This document shows, in pieces, positions 8,686 to 16,988 of a stretch of 44,958 nt of DNA. This stretch comes from an uncultured virus (IMG/VR IMGVR_UViG_3300037043_000022) (taxonomy: Duplodnaviria > Heunggongvirae > Uroviricota > Caudoviricetes). The notes under the pieces were generated by a model, which was not told the origin of the DNA, searched no databases, and worked only from the letters and a program-made list of their open reading frames with translations. Where the stretch lies: the IMG/VR virus record IMGVR_UViG_3300037043_000022; one strand, written 5' to 3'. A program made the position numbers and the translations under genes. How positions within the stretch are numbered: position 1 is the stretch's first letter; every line of letters starts with the position of its first letter.

Positions 8686-9276
8686 TCATAGATGTACACA
8701 CAACACTTCCGGAACTTTCACGTATTTGAATTTGCTGCCCAACATTTCATATGTCCTACCATCTGAAAAATAATCGTTACCTTGCCATCCAACCGACATA
8801 AATGCCTCTTTGTCAATCATTATTTGAAGCGTATCAATGTGATACATCTTCGGAATTCCTTCCAATACGATTGGTGGCGGTCCAAGAAATGGTTGTACCG
8901 GCCCAAAATGCAGCATCTGACAAATCGCGAATTTTTCGTCGTCTTTTGCACTCTCCAGGGCACTGATCATCTTTTCTAAAAACGTTGGAAAGATTATGTT
9001 ATCATCATCTAGAAAAACTAAATATTTGCCTTTGGCTTTATCCAAGGCTGCTTGACGCACCGCTGCACCATAACCGCCCCTACGTTCAATTTCATGATAT
9101 GATCTCTTGTCATTGTTTCCCACGATGATCATATTCTTAGCGTTGAGATCACCGCCATCGGCAACGACCAAATGTTCCCATTGATCATATGTCTGTCTTT
9201 CTACTGATATAAAACATCTTTCTAGGATAATTGGATTTCGTTTATGAGTTGGCGTAATGATGGATATTAATGCCAT
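8686..9276 (-). CDS. Glycosyltransferase family 2
   Basis: ISIITPTH, EHLVVADG, AKGKYLVFLDDDN. Confidence 0.85.
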   Translation of the reverse strand: MALISIITPTHKRNPIILERCFISVERQTYDQWEHLVVADGGDLNAKNMIIVGNNDKRSYHEIERRGGYGAAVRQAALDKAKGKYLVFLDDDNIIFPTFLEKMISALESAKDDEKFAICQMLHFGPVQPFLGPPPIVLEGIPKMYHIDTLQIMIDKEAFMSVGWQGNDYFSDGRTYEMLGSKFKYVKVPEVLCVHL

Positions 9277-9686
9277 GACGTTCCCCAATCGTCCTCTTCG
9301 GGTTTCTTCTTAATCTTCCTATCTTCTTTTTTCTTGAATACTCTGGGATTCTTGTTTTTACATACGATCTGGAAATCATCATGTCCGACTTCTAAAAATT
9401 TATTGTTAGCTTTCGTCTTCTTTAATTTCGATACCAATGATTGCAATCGTCCAACGAATTTATGAGCATCCGACAACATCTTTATGCCTTTTGCCACTGC
9501 CTCACCAGACGTTTGAAAATATGCACCAGGATCGAACGGTTTCAAATCGTCTTTGTTAATGTACCATGCGTCAACTATTTGCCCCTCAATTGGCTCCTCC
9601 CCAAGTTTCGCGTATTTTGGCACGTCTCGATATTCTGGTCTAGCTTTAACGTCAAATTTGATTTTCTTCATTTTCACTTTTTTCAT
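9267..9686 (-). CDS. Lys-rich hypothetical protein
   Basis: ORF track; overlaps both neighbours in an operon-like way. Confidence 0.6.
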   Translation of the reverse strand: MKKVKMKKIKFDVKARPEYRDVPKYAKLGEEPIEGQIVDAWYINKDDLKPFDPGAYFQTSGEAVAKGIKMLSDAHKFVGRLQSLVSKLKKTKANNKFLEVGHDDFQIVCKNKNPRVFKKKEDRKIKKKPEEDDWGTSWH

Positions 9687-10393
9687 TGCGTTCCCCCTCT
9701 TTGAACGTTAAACGTCATCCGATGATCACGTTCCATCTTGTATCGATCTTCAGCACGCTTTCTAGAATTGGACATTAACACAATTATGACGACGCATATG
9801 GATACCACGATCACTATGATTATTCCGGCATAAAATAAATTGCCGTAGATGATCGTCTTCATTACGTTGTCAGTAAATTGAATGGTCGTGACCACGCTAT
9901 CACGACCAGAACTGACTTCATTCTTCAATTCATCTATTTTATTGGATAAGCCAACTTGTCCCTGCAATTTAGCCTCAAGTTGTGCAAATAAATTGGCTTG
10001 GGCATTCAATTGTGCTTTAATGTCGGTAATGGCATTGATTTCAGCGTCGAATTGCAATTTAACGTCAGTAATCGCTTTAATTGATGCACGAACGTCGGTC
10101 TGCAATTCAGCAATCGCCGTTGCACTGGCTTTAATCTCCAACGAATTTTGTATCTTCAATAAATCGCCTTCGACTAATGACATTTTATTAGCCAATTGAC
10201 CTATGGTTGCACCAATGCCCTGAATTTGCGTCTGCAATGAATTGGTGCTCGTCGTTAGATCGTCCCTAGTTGCGACCTTAACGTCCGGTTCCTTGTGCGT
10301 AATCACAATTGGTTGCGGATCCATGCGTTGCGTCGGATTGAGACAACCGGGTATGAATGACAATAATAATGACAAAAACAGAAATTTATGCAT
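9683..10393 (-). CDS. Lipoprotein with coiled-coil body and C-terminal TM helix (unimolecular-spanin-like topology)
   Basis: GGAGG SD; MHKFLFLSLLLSFIPGC lipobox; long helical heptad-like region; GIIIVIVVSICVVIIVLM TM segment followed by a basic tail. Confidence 0.7.
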   Translation of the reverse strand: MHKFLFLSLLLSFIPGCLNPTQRMDPQPIVITHKEPDVKVATRDDLTTSTNSLQTQIQGIGATIGQLANKMSLVEGDLLKIQNSLEIKASATAIAELQTDVRASIKAITDVKLQFDAEINAITDIKAQLNAQANLFAQLEAKLQGQVGLSNKIDELKNEVSSGRDSVVTTIQFTDNVMKTIIYGNLFYAGIIIVIVVSICVVIIVLMSNSRKRAEDRYKMERDHRMTFNVQRGGTQ

Positions 10394-11081
10394 GTTGCAA
10401 TGCCTCCCGCGCCGATGGGTGTGCCAAAAACGCCATCGTTTCTTCGTCGTATTTGGCCGTAGGTTGATCGTCGAGTTTGTCACCAGTCACTAATTCACGG
10501 CGCGTAGCGCACCATCTATGGCGTACGAATTGTGCCATTTCCTCTCTGCTCATCGGCAATAATTTCAATCCTTGCTTAATCATCTCCTTACAAACAATCA
10601 TGCCAGTATCCATAAAACCGTCCTGATTCTTTATGATTCTAAAGCTTGGACATCCAATTCGTTTATATTCTGCATGTTTGAAAATCATCGTCGATGGATG
10701 CAACAATTTATCGTCACGGAAATGCACGCAGCCAATAGCAGAATGCCCTTCCATCCGCTTCAATAATTCAACGTCCCAACCATGTGATGATGGATGAGCG
10801 TCAGAATCCATTAAACATACGAACTTATCACCAAAATTATAATAATTTTTCAAGATCCAATCTAATGACAATGCATGTCCGGAAGCATTCTTAGATAATT
10901 TTCGCTCAATTAATTGTATCCATTTTTTATTGGCAAACCCGCGCAGCAATTTCAATGCATCCAACTGCGAACCATTGTCGATCACTAGATGTAGATGTTC
11001 ACCCTTCGTGTAATGATGCACCGCTTTAATGCACAATTCAACGAAATTCTTAGCATCATGACTTACCGTAATTATGATCAT
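10386..11081 (-). CDS. Glycosyltransferase family 2-like
   Basis: LVIDNGS, HALSLD, CLMDSDA (DxD). Confidence 0.8.
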   Translation of the reverse strand: MIIITVSHDAKNFVELCIKAVHHYTKGEHLHLVIDNGSQLDALKLLRGFANKKWIQLIERKLSKNASGHALSLDWILKNYYNFGDKFVCLMDSDAHPSSHGWDVELLKRMEGHSAIGCVHFRDDKLLHPSTMIFKHAEYKRIGCPSFRIIKNQDGFMDTGMIVCKEMIKQGLKLLPMSREEMAQFVRHRWCATRRELVTGDKLDDQPTAKYDEETMAFLAHPSAREALQHA

Positions 11082-11617
11082 TGTTTCACCCTGTAGAGGA
11101 CGGCGTCGGCGAACTTTATGCGAAAGCCCCTCACTCTCGCAGTACGCAGAAAATCCAAATCTTCACATTTCATCTGCCTAAACTTAACCTTCTCAAACAC
11201 CCGTTTGCGGAAGGCGAACGATATCCCAACATGGTTACAACGCAGATCTGGCACGTCAGGCAACGTTCTGCCATCTTGGTTGAGCATCTTATATAAGAAA
11301 ATGTCAGCTGCAGAATCATCATTTATCATTTTCATATGCGTCTCAACATAATTCGGGCATATGGTATCGTCATCATCCAATAGACCTACCCATGGTGATT
11401 CTACAAGATCGATAGCAGCATTCCGAACTGCTCCAGCACGCCATTGACCGGTCGGCCGCACCTTAATGATCTTCAATTTTTCATCAGACAACAAAGTCGG
11501 TTCTATTGTATCAAAGGCTATTATGGCTTTCCAATTTTGATCAGTCTGTGCACGTAGCGAATCAATAGATCGCATTAAAGTTGATCGACCTATGGTCGGT
11601 ATGACGAAAGTAATCAT
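11078..11617 (-). CDS. Glycosyltransferase family 2
   Basis: FVIPTIGR, AGAVRNAAI, LLDDDD, EDLDFL. Confidence 0.85.
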   Translation of the reverse strand: MITFVIPTIGRSTLMRSIDSLRAQTDQNWKAIIAFDTIEPTLLSDEKLKIIKVRPTGQWRAGAVRNAAIDLVESPWVGLLDDDDTICPNYVETHMKMINDDSAADIFLYKMLNQDGRTLPDVPDLRCNHVGISFAFRKRVFEKVKFRQMKCEDLDFLRTARVRGFRIKFADAVLYRVKQ

Positions 11618-11633
11618 CAAAGTTATTTACTTC

Positions 11634-12803
11634 TTAGCCTACTAAGACACTAATCGCCGCAACCGTTTTCACCGTCGTGCTGTTGCCCACGCTAATGGTC
11701 ACGGTCGCTATAAACGTCCCCGACGATGCATATGTATGCATTGGATTCTGTACAGTAGATATGTTGCCATCGCCGAAATTCCACATATATCTTAAGGCAA
11801 TCGGACTGGTGGAAATGGCAGATATTCCAAAATATACCGGTTCATCCATGCTGACTGAATCCGGCGTCACAGTAGGTCCTGAGATAATTTCTGGCGTCTC
11901 AGAAGATTTGATGGAGATGCTGACGGTCGCAGAGTTAGTGTCTACTGCCCCATTATTGGCCTTGAAAATGAAGTCGTCATCACCTTCGTATGTGGCATTT
12001 GGCGTATATGTCAAATTAGGTGCCATGCCAGTAAGCGTACCATGCAATGGCACCCTAACAACCGAATACGTCAAACTACGTCCCTGTGGATCATTCGCCA
12101 CTAAAGTTATGTTGACGCTCCTGTTGACCACCGTGGCAACCGATTGATCTGCTGCCGTCGGAACGTTGGCTGGACCGACCAATATCTGTCTGGTCGTACT
12201 GCCGATCATGCCCAAATCATTTTTCACGGTCAGCGTGACCGTGAAAGCACCATTTTTCTGATATTGATGGTCAACCACCGGTTCAGATGATTTGTTGCCG
12301 TCACCAAAATTCCACTCATATTCAGTTATTGAAACGATTTCATCATATGACCCAGACGCATCGAACAAAACGTCCAACGGCGCATCGCCAAAACGTTCGG
12401 TAAGGCTGATGATGGCGTGTGGCGGGACCTTGGACGGTATGTCAGAGCCAGAACCAGGGTCGGATTCCCTAAAGACGGCATATCTACTGGGCATGATTGA
12501 TTTGAGCAATGCATATGCCTCAGTGGCTTTTTTATAATCCATCCCAAATGCAATGTGCGTCAATACGATTACGTCACCATTGGTGACCGGATCCATCACA
12601 CCAGCTTGTTTAAGATTCATGTGCTCATAATCAGGCACCCAAACATCAAAATCAGATGGATTCAAATTCGCTTTCCAGACGACGTCCCTAATCACCATGC
12701 CAAACGTAGGTGTATAAATTTCACGGACGTTACCATTGCTTATGGTGACGCTGCCATGCTGTCTAACGGCAACCAATTCAATATATTTAGTAGTGCCTAT
12801 CAT
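11634..12803 (-). CDS. PKD / Ig-like domain protein (possible virion surface protein); start uncertain
   Basis: Two PKD motifs (YEWNFGDG...HQY, YMWNFGDG...HTY) flanking a Big_9/cadherin-like LTYTPNATYEGDDDFIFKANNG domain. The ORF-track extension to 12917 overlaps the pentamer array and was trimmed. Confidence 0.8.
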   Translation of the reverse strand: MIGTTKYIELVAVRQHGSVTISNGNVREIYTPTFGMVIRDVVWKANLNPSDFDVWVPDYEHMNLKQAGVMDPVTNGDVIVLTHIAFGMDYKKATEAYALLKSIMPSRYAVFRESDPGSGSDIPSKVPPHAIISLTERFGDAPLDVLFDASGSYDEIVSITEYEWNFGDGNKSSEPVVDHQYQKNGAFTVTLTVKNDLGMIGSTTRQILVGPANVPTAADQSVATVVNRSVNITLVANDPQGRSLTYSVVRVPLHGTLTGMAPNLTYTPNATYEGDDDFIFKANNGAVDTNSATVSISIKSSETPEIISGPTVTPDSVSMDEPVYFGISAISTSPIALRYMWNFGDGNISTVQNPMHTYASSGTFIATVTISVGNSTTVKTVAAISVLVG

Positions 12804-12833
12804 AAAATATATTTGGTCAAGAATCCTAGAAAA

Positions 12834-12862
12834 TTGACGAACGAGCATAAAAAGAATAGACG
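12834..12862 (+). promoter_or_regulatory. Putative sigma70-type promoter for the array and RAMP gene (TTGACG-N17-TAGACG)
   Basis: 17-nt spacing; predicted start near 12868-12870, at the first array unit. The -10 element is imperfect. Confidence 0.4.
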
Positions 12863-12867
12863 TCCAT

Positions 12868-13069
12868 GTGACAAGTCGGTACAGTCCGTGACAAGCCATT
12901 CCGGGCCTTTGTGACATTTGAGACTAGCCAATTCAAGCCGAGCCTTTGCGACATGCCATTTAACCCGGAGTGTGACATGCTGAGACATTTGAGACGGGCC
13001 ACACCAAGTCGCTCCTGCTCCGCCCAAGTGACATGCCCATCTAGACCTGGCCTTTCCAAGGCAACCCTT
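12868..13069. ncRNA. 5-nt-periodic array (conserved triplet + variable dinucleotide); candidate VIPR-type guide RNA array, about 5 units
   Basis: For example 12870: GAC aa GTC gg TAC ag TCC gt GAC aa GCC at TCC gg GCC tt; 13030: GAC at GCC ca TCT ag ACC tg GCC tt TCC aa GGC aa CCC tt. Units open with G(T/C)GAC. The minus strand reads G(G/T/A)N-NN. Confidence 0.7.
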
Positions 13070-13082
13070 AAAGGAGACAAAA

Positions 13083-13820
13083 ATGCAAATCAAAACAAAG
13101 ACTGAAACAAAAACGAAATCAGTGTTGTCAGTGTTGGATGACGTCAAACTTTTTGAAGAATATCAAGTGAGCATATGTTTCTTAGACAAAGTGCTTGGTG
13201 GTTGCCCTGCGATGGGTGACATGCTTGAATTTTACATGGAAGCCAAACACATGTCCGATAAGGAAAAGGAGGAATTTCGCGAACGAGTGCGAGATGGAAA
13301 ATTGCTCGATAATGAATTGGTATCGGCTAAGGAATCGAATTGCTGCGTGTTTGAACGCGACAATGAACAATGTTTGACCATATGGCATGCCAACGTCAAG
13401 GCATTGTTGCGCGAATGTGCCGTCACGCTTGGTATAACGCAATTGCCGCCCGGCAAACGCAAGAGCAATGACGACAATGCTGGACATGCTGGTGGTCGCC
13501 AAACGTTGCAGCACGGCCTACACATCGACCCACTGCGCATCAGGTTGCTCAAAGACGGTAAACCAATTAAGAAAGCAGACGGCAACGTCGATCGCATAAA
13601 GCACATCAGCGATGCATCCGGACGACGGTCGGCCATCGGTAGACATGAATATGTCGAAAAAGCACAAGCCACCTTTACCATCAAGTGGCCAATCAACGGT
13701 GCCTTCAAAGAAGAGCACATTAAGCGGATGCTGAAATTGGCCGAAGGAGATGGCTTAGGTGCCAGTCGGTCACAAGGCTTCGGTAAGTTCGTCGTAACCG
13801 AATTCAAAAAGATTAAATGA
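13083..13820 (+). CDS. Stand-alone Cas7/RAMP-superfamily protein (Vipr-like candidate)
   Basis: AAAGGAG SD; N-terminal VSICFLDKVLGGCP, RHEYVEKAQATFTI strand, and C-terminal G-rich loop GDGLGASRSQGFGKF typical of RAMPs. No other cas genes in the window. Confidence 0.8.
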   Translation: MQIKTKTETKTKSVLSVLDDVKLFEEYQVSICFLDKVLGGCPAMGDMLEFYMEAKHMSDKEKEEFRERVRDGKLLDNELVSAKESNCCVFERDNEQCLTIWHANVKALLRECAVTLGITQLPPGKRKSNDDNAGHAGGRQTLQHGLHIDPLRIRLLKDGKPIKKADGNVDRIKHISDASGRRSAIGRHEYVEKAQATFTIKWPINGAFKEEHIKRMLKLAEGDGLGASRSQGFGKFVVTEFKKIK

Positions 13821-13956
13821 TGTCTAGATTATAATAAGGATGTGATTTCATTTTGATTGACCAACCAAGATAATCAGATCCATAATGCAAGGCATTATCA
13901 TATACTTTCCTTTTCCGAAAGTATATACTTTTGGAATGATAATGGATGGTAGAAAG

Positions 13957-14607
13957 ATGCCTAAACGTCGCATATTATTGTTATGGCCAACCGTAAGGCC
14001 GCAAATTATGAAGACGACGTATCAACATTGGATTGATACGTCGTCTAAAGAGAACAAAATCGACGTTAAAATAGCCGTTAATGATGTTGCTCAGCGCAAT
14101 GAATTGTCGGATTTTATGGATGTGATGGTTGTAGGTAATAAACGTGGCCCAACCTGGGCTACCTATAATTTGACACAATCAATAAAATGCGAAGACAATC
14201 CAATCATCATCGTAGTTTCAGATGACTTCTTTTCACCATTAGATTGGGATAAATCATTAATCGGCATTTTTGATGATTGGAATGGCTCAGTTGTGGTTAA
14301 TGATGGGTTTAAAAGCACTGGTGTTATGACAATACCAATAATGACCTACGATTGTTTATTGAAACTAAATAAGATAATTTACCATCATGCATATCACTGG
14401 CAATATTCGGACGTAGAGCTATATTATAATCTACATGAACTTAATTTAATTAAAATGGCATATCACTTAACGTTCAATCATAGACATTATTCACATGGGT
14501 TCCGTACACAAGATGAACATGACGTCTTTGGAAATAACATGTCATCAATAGACGCCAAAACGTTCAAAACAAGAATGCAAATGCCAATTGGTGAACGCTT
14601 AAAATAA
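13957..14607 (+). CDS. GT-A-like glycosyltransferase
   Basis: LLWPTVRP, VVSDDF, YSDVELY, FNHRHY; start uncertain (13936-13957). Confidence 0.65.
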   Translation: MPKRRILLLWPTVRPQIMKTTYQHWIDTSSKENKIDVKIAVNDVAQRNELSDFMDVMVVGNKRGPTWATYNLTQSIKCEDNPIIIVVSDDFFSPLDWDKSLIGIFDDWNGSVVVNDGFKSTGVMTIPIMTYDCLLKLNKIIYHHAYHWQYSDVELYYNLHELNLIKMAYHLTFNHRHYSHGFRTQDEHDVFGNNMSSIDAKTFKTRMQMPIGERLK

Positions 14608-15426
14608 GTTGGACAATTCTTTCACACACTTTACAAAACCATATTGATTGGACATTTTGTCATATGTCCTCTGAGCCATTTGTATGTAATGATCATAGTT
14701 TCCCAAAGCACATCTATTGGCCACATCTATTATTTGATTATAATCCGTCATTACGACGTCCTTGTCGGGTTCATATGGGAATGGATTATGACAATTTTCA
14801 GTTATTATTGGCAAACCATGAGATACGGCGAGAGCAAATCGTAATGGTTCAATGATGCCATATTGATCTTGGTGGACGTTCACCATGAATTTGGTATTCA
14901 GTAATCCGTTTCTTCTAGCATCACCCCAACAATTTCCAAACATGCTAGGTAGCCGATTTAAAATATCACGTCTACCCCAGACGTAACTCATATGCGCGAA
15001 ATTATATGATTTATGGTCTCTCCATGGGTCATCACAAAGAACCTTATCAACCCCTATTGGACAAAAGATTATTTTATCACCGAATTCCTTGTAGTATGTA
15101 TGTTTATACCACAGATCAGAGACGACCATTTTGTCGACATATCTATTTAAAAGATCATTTATGTCACGTTTATGAGCATTATGATTCTCGTCTCGCGGCG
15201 GTCGCTCAAGATTCCACCACAGGATTTTACATTTCTTGTCTTCGTTACGGTGATTGTCAATATGTGGTCGAAATTCACCATTCATAGGCGAGACCACGTA
15301 AACCACAGGCTCAGACATTTTTATTTCATCTACATAACACACGTCTCCCCAAGCTTTCTCAACTAACGTCCTATAATCAGCATATGAATCGTATGACGTT
15401 CTGGTGAGAACAAAAATTAATCGCAT
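14599..15426 (-). CDS. GT-B-like (CgeB / Glyco_trans_1_2-like) protein
   Basis: LLNTKFMVNVHQ...EPLRFALAVSHGLPIITE; GGAGG SD. Confidence 0.6.
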   Translation of the reverse strand: MRLIFVLTRTSYDSYADYRTLVEKAWGDVCYVDEIKMSEPVVYVVSPMNGEFRPHIDNHRNEDKKCKILWWNLERPPRDENHNAHKRDINDLLNRYVDKMVVSDLWYKHTYYKEFGDKIIFCPIGVDKVLCDDPWRDHKSYNFAHMSYVWGRRDILNRLPSMFGNCWGDARRNGLLNTKFMVNVHQDQYGIIEPLRFALAVSHGLPIITENCHNPFPYEPDKDVVMTDYNQIIDVANRCALGNYDHYIQMAQRTYDKMSNQYGFVKCVKELSNLF

Positions 15427-15471
15427 GTGTCTTAATCTCCTCCCCGTTCCTATTTATGTATTTCTAGGAAA

Positions 15472-16233
15472 ATGGATTTAACAATCATCAATCGTTTTCA
15501 TGATGGAAACCAGTCACACGCTGGCGACGTAATTTTAACCAGACCAATCATTTTATCTATTAAAAATTCCTTTGAAGACATACGGATTACTTTACAATTC
15601 CCAGCAAAACATCATTATTTATTGAGTGATTTGGGTCTCCCCGTAGTAGAAAAAGCAAACAACAGCAATATTTTTAATGCTTGGTTTGGCTATTTTCATG
15701 ACATCCTACATGCCCATCACATGACATATTTTACTCAACTCCATTCATTCAATAGACAAATGGAACAACAAAAATTATTCTATAGATTACAGCCACCAGA
15801 CAAACATCCGATGATAGAATTTCCACATGTAGAAATTACTACTATGCCCCAGAAATGTATCTTAGTTGAAAATGGTCCAAGTTTATCATTTCAAAATTAT
15901 ATCGACATGAATGAGATAATACCAAAAATGGCCAACGATTTTAAAGATCTCCAATTTTATACCTCATCAACTCCCCCCACTGGTTTTCCAAACGTACATG
16001 ATTGTCAGAGCGCAAATTTAATTTCATTGTCTAATTTGAGCAATGTCTGTACCGCCTTAATGATGCGTGGCAGTGGAGTGAATGCCGCTAGTTACACAGA
16101 GATAAATAGAAATAAACCAAGAGCGTTTCTTGGTTGGAATTACCCTTTCAAATTGTGGGATAACAATTTCGTCAACTGTAAGAATTACGGGGATGTTTAC
16201 ATCTTTTTAGAAAAAATAAGGAGATCAACATGA
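15472..16233 (+). CDS. Putative GT9 (heptosyltransferase-like) protein
   Basis: HAGDVILTRP N-terminal motif and ALMMRGSG; resemblance is weak. Confidence 0.5.
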   Translation: MDLTIINRFHDGNQSHAGDVILTRPIILSIKNSFEDIRITLQFPAKHHYLLSDLGLPVVEKANNSNIFNAWFGYFHDILHAHHMTYFTQLHSFNRQMEQQKLFYRLQPPDKHPMIEFPHVEITTMPQKCILVENGPSLSFQNYIDMNEIIPKMANDFKDLQFYTSSTPPTGFPNVHDCQSANLISLSNLSNVCTALMMRGSGVNAASYTEINRNKPRAFLGWNYPFKLWDNNFVNCKNYGDVYIFLEKIRRST

Positions 16234-16988
16234 TTGTAGCAAACTACATCTTACATTACGGATGCGATTATTTAGCATATTCAGTAAAATCGATTTATGA
16301 TCATGTTGACAAAATATTTGTCGTTTATACTGATCAACCATCTCATGGACATGGCACCAATTTATTAAACCCAGAGACTCGTGCTGACGTTATGGATGCA
16401 CTCTATGTTTTTGGAGATCCAGGAAATAAAATTCATGTTGTAGATGGACGTTATGCCCACGAGGGACAGCACCGTGGTGTGGTTGGGAAGCATTATGGAG
16501 CGGCTGATCTCATTTTGGTGGTAGATGCTGATGAAATATGGCATGAGAACACAATAGGTAGAATCATCGAGTATTGTTTAAAAACAACCGACGTTAGTTG
16601 TTTTAAAATGCCATTCATTCATTTCTGGAGATCATTCAAATATCATCTCACTGATCCATGCATGCCAGATAGATTATATGCTCCTAAAAGGACGGCATCA
16701 TATGGCACATATCGCTGCGTACCAGCAGAATTTGGACCAGTATTTCATTTTGGATATGCTCGCGAGGAGAGATTCATCAAATATAAAATTGACATTCATG
16801 GTCATAAAGGTGAATGGCGACCTGAATGGTTTGAATCCAAGTTCAAAGCATGGCCTATGGATAGGTCAATGTCAGACCTGCATCCAACCTGCCATCAGAA
16901 TTTTTGGGGGGTTGCCAAACCATTTGAGCTAGAAAATTTGCCAAATGTGTTAAAAACCCACCCATACTACACAAAGGACATCATCTAA
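16230..16988 (+). CDS. Glycosyltransferase (GT2-like)
   Basis: SVKSIYDHVDKI, LVVDADEIW, FHFGYAR. Confidence 0.75.
   Translation: MIVANYILHYGCDYLAYSVKSIYDHVDKIFVVYTDQPSHGHGTNLLNPETRADVMDALYVFGDPGNKIHVVDGRYAHEGQHRGVVGKHYGAADLILVVDADEIWHENTIGRIIEYCLKTTDVSCFKMPFIHFWRSFKYHLTDPCMPDRLYAPKRTASYGTYRCVPAEFGPVFHFGYAREERFIKYKIDIHGHKGEWRPEWFESKFKAWPMDRSMSDLHPTCHQNFWGVAKPFELENLPNVLKTHPYYTKDII

Noticed and set aside
12868..13069. Conventional CRISPR mini-array next to the Cas7-like gene
   Set aside because: There is no 23-50-bp direct repeat with unique spacers. Recurring elements are only 5-12 nt long and the structure is period-5.
12800..13147. ORFs crossing the array (12800..13147 -, 12826..13080 -, 12911..13105 +, and the 5' extension of 11634..12917)
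   Set aside because: No convincing SD or protein motif, and mutually overlapping. Stop-poor periodic sequence leaves several frames open.
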